64,000 nucleotides of DNA from positions 1 through 64,000 of IMG/VR virus record IMGVR_UViG_3300034980_000576, one strand, 5' to 3'. The DNA comes from a virus. The notes beneath the pieces were generated by a model that searched no databases, was not told the DNA's origin, and saw nothing but the letters and a program-made list of their open reading frames with translations. Both the position numbers and the translations under genes were made by a program. Position 1 is the first letter of the stretch, and the number at the start of each line of letters is the position of its first letter. Shown piece after piece: positions 26,613 through 35,577 of this stretch.

Positions 26613-27376
26613 TGTATATAGATGTTTTCCAACATCACAGAGCCATTGAAAAGTTTCCGGATTGGGTGATTAACGATTGTCGCAAGTCACATCCGGATTC
26701 TTTTCGTAAATTTGTTAATTCGGCTGTCGCTGATTCTAATATAGTCTATTCTAATTTAGACTATTTTAAACAATATGAAGGTGCGAAGGTGCTTTTCGTG
26801 GCAGGTGGTCCATCATCGAAGGAAACCGAGTGGACAACCGACGGATATGACTATATCTGGTCATGTAATCACTTCTTCAGGCATCCTCGATTGAAAGATA
26901 TTAAGGTTGATTTGGCGATGATCATGCCTGAAGTTGATTTGCAATCGGAGGAATTTCTTTCATATCGTGATCTACATCAGGTTTATCTTGGATTTGAAAT
27001 TCATGATAAGTGGGTAGCGCATGCGTTTGATAATTATAGTAAATATTTTTGTATGCATACTCGATTCTATAGTAAAATTGGCATAGGCGCCCGGATGCTT
27101 ATATTCGGAGGCGCCTTGAAGTGCAAAGAGGTGGCTTTTATAGGATTAGACGGCCCGATATATCAAATAAGAGGCAATCACGGCTTTGAAAGCGGCAAGA
27201 GTAATTTTCCAGCATGCTACCATGGCGTCCCACAAGAAACAATTTTAAAAAGCTACTTAGATCAACACGAACTGTTGTGGCAGCATATAAATGAGTCATG
27301 CCCAGATACCGCATTTATTAATTTAGGGTATGGTGAAGAGCAACACAGCTTCATAAAGAATAAAGGAATTTCATAA
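26612..27376 (+). CDS. putative sialyltransferase-like protein (GT42/Maf-like)
   Basis: 'VLFVAGGPS', 'WSCNHFF', 'VAFIGLD'. Confidence 0.55.
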   Translation: MYIDVFQHHRAIEKFPDWVINDCRKSHPDSFRKFVNSAVADSNIVYSNLDYFKQYEGAKVLFVAGGPSSKETEWTTDGYDYIWSCNHFFRHPRLKDIKVDLAMIMPEVDLQSEEFLSYRDLHQVYLGFEIHDKWVAHAFDNYSKYFCMHTRFYSKIGIGARMLIFGGALKCKEVAFIGLDGPIYQIRGNHGFESGKSNFPACYHGVPQETILKSYLDQHELLWQHINESCPDTAFINLGYGEEQHSFIKNKGIS

Positions 27377-28233
27377 TGAGTCAATTTTCATATTTATCTG
27401 ATAAGATCGCAAAAGCAGACTTCCACTCGGCTCCCTTTAAGCATATATTAATAGAGGACTTCTTGCTTCCGGAACATCTGGAGGCAGTGTTGTCCGATCC
27501 TCAAGTACACTTTGAAGAGGTGGGCTCCACTCCGGAGCTAACTAGGCGCCTGCATACAGAAGGATACCGTATTCAGGACTTTCCCGGATGCACCAGCGAT
27601 ATTGATGAATATTTGTGGCACTATAAAAACGACAACTTCCCAACAGGAAGAAAAGGCACTCCAATTGAGAGCTACGGCATCACTTATAGATTACACAGGC
27701 ACGACAACCCCCTCACAGCAGAATTGGTTGAATATTTAAATGGGGAAGAGTTTAAAAAAACTTTAGAAGAAAAATTTGAAATTACAAAGAAAAATCGAAT
27801 TATTACGGCTATCCAAAAGAACCTTTCTCACTATGAGATAAGCCCCCACCCAGATATCAGAGAGAAGGTATTAACCTATCTGCTCAATATAAATAAAGAT
27901 AGTTCAGTTGATGAGCTTCCAATTCACACACACCTGTTGAAGTTTAAAGAAGAGTGGGAATTTATTAAGGAACATTGGAAAACAGATTTTAGTCAAAATA
28001 CGACGTGGGTGCCTTGGGAGTGGTGCGAATCAGTTGTAAATACAAATAGAAATAACTCAATAGTAATTTTTAAGCCCTCGGTAGACACTCTTCATGCCGT
28101 AAAGATGAAGTATGATCACACAAGGCTCCAAAGAACTCAATTATATGGTAATTTAATGGGGCTGGAAAATATTACGAGCCCGGGCAATTATAGAGATCTA
28201 ATAGAGTTGCGCCGCCAGCGTGAAGAGGAGTAA
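27376..28233 (+). CDS. 2OG-Fe(II) dioxygenase
   Basis: 'PFKHILIEDFL', HPD...LHAV, R-x-Q. Confidence 0.75.
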   Translation: MSQFSYLSDKIAKADFHSAPFKHILIEDFLLPEHLEAVLSDPQVHFEEVGSTPELTRRLHTEGYRIQDFPGCTSDIDEYLWHYKNDNFPTGRKGTPIESYGITYRLHRHDNPLTAELVEYLNGEEFKKTLEEKFEITKKNRIITAIQKNLSHYEISPHPDIREKVLTYLLNINKDSSVDELPIHTHLLKFKEEWEFIKEHWKTDFSQNTTWVPWEWCESVVNTNRNNSIVIFKPSVDTLHAVKMKYDHTRLQRTQLYGNLMGLENITSPGNYRDLIELRRQREEE

Positions 28234-28236
28234 ACA

Positions 28237-29070
28237 ATGTTAACTTATGCCGAACATTATGAAAAGTGCAAAGAACAGTCAGGATATCCAGAACCCAAGG
28301 TTGATATATATGATTTTACTCATGCCGTTGTTGATGTCACATCTAATTCTGAAGATGATTTAATACAATTGCCGAAAAACTATATGGAAATAGTGAATGG
28401 AGCCAAGAACGAGTATAAGGAGCGAATGAAGGATGCGGCGAATTTAAACATCCCTAGGGATCCCGCAATCGATTTTGCAATCCGACTTCAAAAAATTCAT
28501 GATTGCTCTGAGTTTGAAGCGCTAGCCCAAGTTATAATTCCTCAGCTGGAAAAGAAGCTTTTTGGCTGCCCAGTGGTAATGGAGGCTTTATATACGTATA
28601 AGAATGTATACCGGGAAGCCCCCGAAAGATCATCGTGGATCTGGCACTATGACAACAATCCCAAAGAAATAATTAAAGTAATGGTGTACTTGAGCGATGT
28701 TGATGAAGATTGCGGCGCTTTCGAAATTGTGTGCAACGAAGAGGGCGAAGCTGTTAAGATGCCAACGTATAAGATCGATCACAAAACATGGAATGGCGCC
28801 CCCAACAATAGCCGCATAACAGAGGCACAATTGGATACCATGGCATCAGAAGGGTACTATCCTTCTAAAATACTTGGCAAGAAAGGAACAATTGCTATAT
28901 TTGATAACAATATAGCGCACCGCGCATCAATACCGATGCCCTCCAACACTAGGGACGCTATTGTCTTTATGGTTCGCCCTTGGTATACTAAAGAACAAAA
29001 ATATATTAATAAGAAGCACTGCCGCGCTTGGACAGGCACATCAATTTTTATGAATCCGGAGGATATATGA
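28237..29070 (+). CDS. PhyH-like 2OG-Fe(II) dioxygenase
   Basis: 'WHYD', 'VYLSDV..CGAF', 'AHRA'. Confidence 0.75.
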   Translation: MLTYAEHYEKCKEQSGYPEPKVDIYDFTHAVVDVTSNSEDDLIQLPKNYMEIVNGAKNEYKERMKDAANLNIPRDPAIDFAIRLQKIHDCSEFEALAQVIIPQLEKKLFGCPVVMEALYTYKNVYREAPERSSWIWHYDNNPKEIIKVMVYLSDVDEDCGAFEIVCNEEGEAVKMPTYKIDHKTWNGAPNNSRITEAQLDTMASEGYYPSKILGKKGTIAIFDNNIAHRASIPMPSNTRDAIVFMVRPWYTKEQKYINKKHCRAWTGTSIFMNPEDI

Positions 29071-29801
29071 ACTGTCATTGTTGTGATGGGGAATATACAA
29101 CCCTACAAAAAGATATATACATCTGCCCTGAATGTAGTCATGTCTATAGAGATTACACGGGAGATTCAATTGAATATCATACCAATTGCTATCGCGACGA
29201 AGAAGGCTTTAGAGGATCCGGAGAAATTCTTAATGGAAAAATAACAGAACAGTTTCATGAAAATAGAAAAGGGATGTGCACTAACCGTGTAGCTTATTCA
29301 AATTCTTTTGTGAAGAAAGGCGACAGTGTTTTGGATATTGGCGCCGGCGCAGGTACCTTTGCGAACTTGTTGAGGGAGTCACTTTCCTTAGAAATAATTG
29401 AATGCGCAGAGTTGGACGATAGACTAGTCGCTGAATGCCGCAATCTTGGGTTTGAAACCACCCAAAGCGGGATTTTGGAATTAGAAAACGACAAGAAATT
29501 TGATGTTGTGTGTATGTGGCACGTGCTTGAACACATTCAGGACGTAAAAGAGAGTATTCAAAAAATAAGCAAAATAGCCACAAAGTTCGCCATTATAGAA
29601 GTTCCACTATTGGTTGCTTTGGATGGCAAAGGAAGACGACGAGATTTAACACCACCTAACGATGGAAATTATGATGGACATTATCATTATTTTTGCGAAC
29701 GATCTTTTAAAAAATTGATAGACGATTCTGGAATGAGGATAGTTGATCTGAGAGAGGGCGTCCAATCTCCTGCCTTGTTAGCGGTGATAGAGAATGATTA
29801 A
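29067..29801 (+). CDS. class I SAM methyltransferase with N-terminal Zn-ribbon
   Basis: CxCC...CPEC; 'VLDIGAGAG'; 'WHVLEH'. Confidence 0.85.
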   Translation: MNCHCCDGEYTTLQKDIYICPECSHVYRDYTGDSIEYHTNCYRDEEGFRGSGEILNGKITEQFHENRKGMCTNRVAYSNSFVKKGDSVLDIGAGAGTFANLLRESLSLEIIECAELDDRLVAECRNLGFETTQSGILELENDKKFDVVCMWHVLEHIQDVKESIQKISKIATKFAIIEVPLLVALDGKGRRRDLTPPNDGNYDGHYHYFCERSFKKLIDDSGMRIVDLREGVQSPALLAVIEND

Positions 29802-30915
29802 AATAGCTCATTTCGGCGCCTACGGAACCAACATTGGTGACACCGTTGCTCTTAATAATATTCGTCTACAAATATCTAAACATATAGATGAGACAATTGA
29901 GTGGGTACCTATCAACATCATCGGGTTTCTAGACTGCAAGAATGACAAAAGCTACGTTTTAAAAACGTTCAGAGAGCTAACTAAGGGTTGCTCAGCACTG
30001 TTCATAGGTGGAGGAGGGCTCCTAGAAGGAGGGCCCTTCAATGATACCTACACAGGCTGGAAATTGCCATTTAATGACGAAATATTTGAAGAACTTGATC
30101 TTGAAATTCCAATTTATGTCATTGGCGCCGGGATTAACTATTTTAGATCAGTAGCCGGCTTCACCGAGAAAGGAGCGAAAGGGCTTACATCTTTGATTAA
30201 CAAAGCTGCTATATTTTCATTGAGAAACGATGGCTCCATGGACGCTGCAAAAGAAATATTGCCTCCCTCGGTTTTTGAAAAGATTAGAGAGGTTCCAGAT
30301 CCTGGATTAATATATGATTATCACTACGATAGATTGACTATCGCTGAAATGCAAAATAAAACCAAGGTGCTCCAGCCGGCATTTAACGGCGGACAAAACA
30401 TTATGATTGGAAGATTTCTAAACAATGAGAATTTTAATAAAATCATTCGAATGCCCGTTGAACTGGGATTGAAAATATTACCACACACTCCGAAAGACTA
30501 CATGCACTTCCCTCTTCACGTAGCGGGTTATAATATAGCGTGGGATAAACAACATTTCCAGAAATATTCCAGTATTGATACCTACCGAGAACTTTTAGAT
30601 TATTACAGTGAAGTTGGCTGCTCCATCGCAATGCGTGGCCACGGACAGATGATAGCTTTGGCTTTAAATGTGCCGTCTATATATTTTTCAACTCAAGATA
30701 AAGTTTTAAACTTTTCTAAAAGAAATGATTTAATGGATTTTAATGTTGACATCACAGAATCAGGATGGTATATTAAATTAAACAATTTATTTACAAGACT
30801 CACAACTGATGAAGCATTTTTGATTAAATGGTATGAAACACGGGACACACTCGTATCTCGATATCAAGAGCAATTCAGAGAGTTATGTAAACAGATTGCT
30901 GAGGATTTGGTATAA
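29794..30915 (+). CDS. polysaccharide pyruvyl transferase family protein
   Basis: 'NIGD', 'IGGGGL', 'SLRND', 'PDP', 'MRGHG'. Confidence 0.8.
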   Translation: MIKIAHFGAYGTNIGDTVALNNIRLQISKHIDETIEWVPINIIGFLDCKNDKSYVLKTFRELTKGCSALFIGGGGLLEGGPFNDTYTGWKLPFNDEIFEELDLEIPIYVIGAGINYFRSVAGFTEKGAKGLTSLINKAAIFSLRNDGSMDAAKEILPPSVFEKIREVPDPGLIYDYHYDRLTIAEMQNKTKVLQPAFNGGQNIMIGRFLNNENFNKIIRMPVELGLKILPHTPKDYMHFPLHVAGYNIAWDKQHFQKYSSIDTYRELLDYYSEVGCSIAMRGHGQMIALALNVPSIYFSTQDKVLNFSKRNDLMDFNVDITESGWYIKLNNLFTRLTTDEAFLIKWYETRDTLVSRYQEQFRELCKQIAEDLV

Positions 30916-31833
30916 ATGAAGTGGTGTTCTCCGACAGATGCATCTTTCTATAGAGGCGGCGCAACTGTGGTTGATTGGTATAACGACATGATAATAAAAA
31001 GACGCCAAAGCATTCCTGACTGGAAAGAATATACCACTGCTGAATCAGATACGATTGCTGAAAATATTACCAAAAATGGTTACCACAAAATAGAGAATTT
31101 TTGGAACACAGTTGAATTGAATGTTGTGCGTGATGATTGTCACCGAGCGTTTCAATCCATGGATCCTGTATTAATCAAACAAACCCATGGAGAGCAACAT
31201 TCTCAAATAAGCCAGCCATTGTTGAACGTTACAAGTCTGAATTCACTAGCCACTGATAGTCGGATAATAGCAATTGCCACATCATTCTTCAAATGTTTTC
31301 CCGGCTTTGGAACACAAAACCTAAGGTATAGTGCTAGCGAAAATTCTAGAGAGTTCGGCACATGTCAATTTCATCGTGACTTTAACAGCCCAGTCAAGAT
31401 TTTGAAATTTTTTACATATCTAAATGATGTAACGATTGATAACGGACCGTTTACATACGTTGAGGGTTCCCACCGTCGACTGCCAATTGATTGGAGTCGT
31501 AAATTAAGATGGGAAAATGAAGAAATAGAGTCTCTATATGGCGCCAATAGTGTAAAAAATCTCACTGGGAGATATGGAGATTTGATTATAGCAACCACCA
31601 ACGGCTTCCACAAGGGGCTGCCTTTAGAGAGTGGTTTTCGTATATTATTTACAATGAATTTTTTAGTTCATCATGAATTGGGGCAGAGCGTCACCCACTT
31701 ACCTTCCGGCCCCGGGGTATTTTATGAGGGAGAACAATCACCTTATTCAAAGAGATTTAAGATATCTAAAGATTTTTACGAACAACTAAGTGCGGATAAA
31801 AAGCCGCTATACGATTTTATGGAGAAAGTATGA
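30916..31833 (+). CDS. PhyH-like 2OG-Fe(II) dioxygenase
   Basis: 'FHRD', 'YLNDV..NGPFTYVEGSH', 'FHKG'. Confidence 0.8.
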   Translation: MKWCSPTDASFYRGGATVVDWYNDMIIKRRQSIPDWKEYTTAESDTIAENITKNGYHKIENFWNTVELNVVRDDCHRAFQSMDPVLIKQTHGEQHSQISQPLLNVTSLNSLATDSRIIAIATSFFKCFPGFGTQNLRYSASENSREFGTCQFHRDFNSPVKILKFFTYLNDVTIDNGPFTYVEGSHRRLPIDWSRKLRWENEEIESLYGANSVKNLTGRYGDLIIATTNGFHKGLPLESGFRILFTMNFLVHHELGQSVTHLPSGPGVFYEGEQSPYSKRFKISKDFYEQLSADKKPLYDFMEKV

Positions 31834-32123
31834 TAGTTTATATTGATATTGATGAAACAATTGCAAACACACCAGACGACAGAAATTATAGTATGTCAAC
31901 CCCTATCGAAGAAAACATTGCAAAAGCAAACAAGTTTTATGATGAGGGACATACTGTTGTATATTGGACTGCCAGAGGTAGTGGCACTGGCATTGACTGG
32001 CATGATATAACGAAGGATCAGCTTGTTCAGTGGGGTGCTAAGCATCATGATTTAAAGCTTGGCAAGCCGATGTATGATTTGTTTATTTGCGACAAGGCGA
32101 TCAACTCAGAGGATTGGGAATGA
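31830..32123 (+). CDS. minimal HAD-family phosphatase
   Basis: 'YIDIDET', 'WTARG', 'GKP', 'ICDK'. Confidence 0.8.
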   Translation: MIVYIDIDETIANTPDDRNYSMSTPIEENIAKANKFYDEGHTVVYWTARGSGTGIDWHDITKDQLVQWGAKHHDLKLGKPMYDLFICDKAINSEDWE

Positions 32124-32782
32124 TGGATAAAAATTGGAATGAGGCTATCAAAAATGAAGTTTACCATAGTGACGCCTATCATCTAAAAGAAGCTAAGTTT
32201 TCAAGAGAGCCAAAGCATATTATTGATATAGGTACCAACTATGGTTGGTTCTCATATCTTGCAGCAGAATTACACCCACAATGCCATGTATGGGCATATG
32301 AATTGATGGAAGAAAATTATGTAGTAGCCAAAGAAAATCTCAAAAAGTTTAATAACGCTCAGGTATCCAACAAGGGTGTAACCGGTGACAATGTGATTCT
32401 TCAAACTCTGTATACTTCCCACAACCGCGGCGGTCACAAAGGTTTATATGCTGGTAATAACTGCTATATATCTAAAAGCAGGTTTGTTTCCACAAAAACA
32501 CACAACAGGATTATAGACGAGATACCGCCTCAGATATCTTTTAAAGAGATAATCGAGACGAACAAAATAGACTATGTTGACTTTCTTAAGATAGACTGCG
32601 AAGGATGCGAATATGAAATTTTTAATCAAATATTTAAATATGATTTAGATAAAAGAATTAAAAATCTTGTTTTTGAGATTCACGGAAAAGGAAATCCGGA
32701 GTATAATAAACTACTAAAAGAATTAGAGAAAAGATTTTCCACTTTTAAAAAGGGAAAAATAACTAAAGCTAGTAATATCTAA
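32120..32782 (+). CDS. FkbM-family methyltransferase
   Basis: 'IDIGTNYG', 'LKIDCEGCE', 'EIH'. Confidence 0.85.
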   Translation: MMDKNWNEAIKNEVYHSDAYHLKEAKFSREPKHIIDIGTNYGWFSYLAAELHPQCHVWAYELMEENYVVAKENLKKFNNAQVSNKGVTGDNVILQTLYTSHNRGGHKGLYAGNNCYISKSRFVSTKTHNRIIDEIPPQISFKEIIETNKIDYVDFLKIDCEGCEYEIFNQIFKYDLDKRIKNLVFEIHGKGNPEYNKLLKELEKRFSTFKKGKITKASNI

Positions 32783-32795
32783 AAAGGAGAATAAA

Positions 32796-32966
32796 ATGGC
32801 GACAGTAAAACAACTACAAGAGGAGATTTCAAAACTCCAGAAGAGGATTAGCTCATTTAGCGATGAGGTGTTCACTCTTAAAAACGAATTGAAAAGATTC
32901 AAGACAGATGTTGCATCTGATGTGAGGTATCTCACCGATCGAGTGGACGGCAACAAGAATGGATAA
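32796..32966 (+). CDS. 56-aa coiled-coil protein (MATVKQLQEEISKLQKRIS...), not in ORF track
   Basis: AAGGAG SD; fills the gap. Confidence 0.7.
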   Translation: MATVKQLQEEISKLQKRISSFSDEVFTLKNELKRFKTDVASDVRYLTDRVDGNKNG

Positions 32967-33186
32967 CGAAAACACAACCCCACACAAGCTTTCAAACCAA
33001 GCCTTGGGTGCGGTTATGATGGCGTTACAGGAATCACTTCTGAATGAATTGGATATTGTTCCAATTCTTAGAGGATTCGAGCTATTAGAGAGCGCCGACG
33101 GCTTAGTGGTGACGAACCCGCCCACAGTCAGAGTATCTAACGAACAAAAGATTAGTGAACAAGACTTGATTAACATGGTAAAATAG
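32959..33186 (+). CDS. hypothetical protein
   Basis: ORF track. Confidence 0.7.
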   Translation: MDNENTTPHKLSNQALGAVMMALQESLLNELDIVPILRGFELLESADGLVVTNPPTVRVSNEQKISEQDLINMVK

Positions 33187-33449
33187 TGCCAAAGTACTAT
33201 TATCACTGCCATAATTGTCATAGTAATTTTTTTGTATATCATATGATGTCCGAAGTTCAAGAAGAATGTACTTCTTGTATGCTTCCGGGCGTAAGCAAGT
33301 TGCTGACAAAGCCGTTACATTTCGATAGTAAAGCAAAGAAGGCATTGACTGGCGATATCACTAAGCAGTATATTGAAGACAATAAAAAGCTTCTTGATGA
33401 TATGAAGAAAGAAGTGAAAGAAAAAGCGTATAAAGAAGAGAATTCGTGA
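33186..33449 (+). CDS. FmdB-like zinc-ribbon protein
   Basis: 'MPKYYYHCHNC...CTSC'. Confidence 0.75.
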   Translation: MPKYYYHCHNCHSNFFVYHMMSEVQEECTSCMLPGVSKLLTKPLHFDSKAKKALTGDITKQYIEDNKKLLDDMKKEVKEKAYKEENS

Positions 33450-34258
33450 GTTTAATTAAAAAGATCAGGATAGCCGAACAAAAGGCGTCAAACAATGCCC
33501 TATGGGATCGCAAGCTGGCATTCATACATGTCCCCAAGAATTATGGAACAACAACAGCTGATTTCTTATTTAGGCTTGTGGATAGTGAAAACGGCTATGA
33601 ACCCGGCAAATCCGCGCACACCACAACTCATATGACGGCGCCACAAATAACATCTTTGCCAAAATATGCTAACCATAACACATTCTGTTTCACACGTAAC
33701 CCATATTCTAGATTTGTAAGTGTTGTTAAGTGGCGTACGCCAAAAGATGCTCTTTTGGGTATTTATCAGTCGCCGCATCCCTTCCGCAGCCTTCCGATCG
33801 GAATAGATGATTTTCACACCAGCACCCACAAAGCATTACAATATATTATAGAAAGAAAGGTGCAAGCACCAACGGATTACGAATTTGAGATAGATTCAAA
33901 AAAATTAGATCGCATGTTTTTACCTCAAACCACGTGGCACAATAACACCACGTCTTTGTATCAATGTGAGGATTATTATAATGAATTATGGCGTTTTATG
34001 CAGGAACATAACATAGCCCGCACAAAAAAAGTTAGTCTTGTTGTCCAACATGAAGGTGATTTTTTAGATGCCAATGGCAAACCAGATCCAGCAAATATGA
34101 CTCACAGAAATCAATCAGAAAAAACCATCGACAAGACATCCTACAAAGAAATTTTTTACGATATTTTGAAAAGAGATCCCGGACTGCACAGAGGGTTTAT
34201 AGATTACTACGGCGCCGATTTTTCATTATTTGATTATGAACCGGAGGTTCTATCATGA
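33446..34258 (+). CDS. sulfotransferase family 2 protein
   Basis: 5'-PSB 'FIHVPKNYGTT', 3'-PB 'RNPYSRFVS', 'YGADFSLFDY'. Confidence 0.8.
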   Translation: MSLIKKIRIAEQKASNNALWDRKLAFIHVPKNYGTTTADFLFRLVDSENGYEPGKSAHTTTHMTAPQITSLPKYANHNTFCFTRNPYSRFVSVVKWRTPKDALLGIYQSPHPFRSLPIGIDDFHTSTHKALQYIIERKVQAPTDYEFEIDSKKLDRMFLPQTTWHNNTTSLYQCEDYYNELWRFMQEHNIARTKKVSLVVQHEGDFLDANGKPDPANMTHRNQSEKTIDKTSYKEIFYDILKRDPGLHRGFIDYYGADFSLFDYEPEVLS

Positions 34259-34614
34259 GCAAACTAGAAATCATATTAATCTGTGTATCCACACTATCAA
34301 TATTTTTTAATGTAGGGGTGTTTATATACGCACGAAATGCAATTGTGCAACTCTTATCGGTGGCTGGCGAACTTGGAGATCTCAAAGATATGGCAGACTC
34401 CCTAGCTGCACACACCAAAGAAGTTTATGAATTAGAAATGTTCTATGGAGACGACACACTTCAACACTTGATGGATCATGCTCGTTCATTTAATGAATAT
34501 TTAGATACATTTGAATATATCTACTCGTTAACAGACGAGCAGTTGGTAGAAGCAGAAACAGAAATAAAGGAAATAGAAATTGGATCCGAAACCCAAACAC
34601 AAGCCCCAAACTAG
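34255..34614 (+). CDS. membrane-anchored hypothetical protein
   Basis: N-terminal TM; GGAGG SD. Confidence 0.7.
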   Translation: MSKLEIILICVSTLSIFFNVGVFIYARNAIVQLLSVAGELGDLKDMADSLAAHTKEVYELEMFYGDDTLQHLMDHARSFNEYLDTFEYIYSLTDEQLVEAETEIKEIEIGSETQTQAPN

Positions 34615-35287
34615 AAGAAAAAAGAATCATTATTTTACCAAAGTTCACGAAGATGCAATTGTTAGCTATTCGAACACAACATGCATAAAAGAGCGCACTG
34701 AGCTTTATGTAAAATATATCCAGCCAGCATTCAACGAAATGGTGGACAAAATTGTTTTTACATATAAATTTACAAACTTACCCAACATTGACTCTCTAAG
34801 AGACGAGTGCAAGATTTGGTTAATGACTATCTTAGATAAATACGATCAAAGTAAGGGCTCCAAAGCCTTTTCGTATTTTAGTGTAATCACAAAGAACTGG
34901 TTCATTCACAAAGTAAAGAGACAACAAAAAAGGAATCTGCGAGAAGTTGATTTTGAAAATATTGCAAAGCATTACGAAGAGAGGTATTTGTCAACAGATG
35001 ATTCATATCTCAAAGAAAGAGAAACTGCAGAATTTTGGCAATCATTTCATAATGAATTAAAATCCTGGGATGTGTCCCAAATGAAGGATAACGATTTGAA
35101 GGTTTACAAAGCAATTAATATCTTATTTGAATCAAAAGACGACATTGAAATTTTTAACAAGAAAGCTATTTATCTATACCTGCGAGAGATAACCGGACTT
35201 AATACTAAACAGATAGTTAATTCACTGAAGAAGTTTAGAAAACGTTATTCCAATTTTAAAGTGGGCTGGGAAAACGGTGATATATGA
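34580..35287 (+). CDS. phage sigma factor, T4 gp55-like (late transcription)
   Basis: 'KKNHYF', 'KYDQSKGSKAFSYFSVITKNWF' region-2-like motif; upstream of the structural module. Confidence 0.7.
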   Translation: MDPKPKHKPQTRRKKNHYFTKVHEDAIVSYSNTTCIKERTELYVKYIQPAFNEMVDKIVFTYKFTNLPNIDSLRDECKIWLMTILDKYDQSKGSKAFSYFSVITKNWFIHKVKRQQKRNLREVDFENIAKHYEERYLSTDDSYLKERETAEFWQSFHNELKSWDVSQMKDNDLKVYKAINILFESKDDIEIFNKKAIYLYLREITGLNTKQIVNSLKKFRKRYSNFKVGWENGDI

Positions 35288-35577
35288 GCAAAGAAAGTTT
35301 AGATAATCTTATTGGCGAGGCTCTCGAAAATATTCGAAATGATCGAAAAATTGCTAAAGAGTTCTTGAATGAGATAGCAAATCAGATAGCCACAGACGCT
35401 GATCAAAACAGAAGTTTAAGTCCAGTCGCCGCAAAACACATTGAAACAATGCAACGCTCTAATGAACAGTTGGTAAAAATAATTAATATTAAACACAAAA
35501 ATGCCACGATCTCCGAAGAACTCTCAGAGGATGACAAGACTAATTTATATGATATAATCCAAGGTACGACTTCGTAG
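35284..35577 (+). CDS. hypothetical protein
   Basis: ORF track; ATGA coupling. Confidence 0.7.
   Translation: MSKESLDNLIGEALENIRNDRKIAKEFLNEIANQIATDADQNRSLSPVAAKHIETMQRSNEQLVKIINIKHKNATISEELSEDDKTNLYDIIQGTTS

Noticed and set aside
16997-34258. Bacterial capsule or O-antigen locus (host DNA)
   Set aside because: No flippase, polymerase or export genes; seamlessly coupled to phage-type genes on both sides
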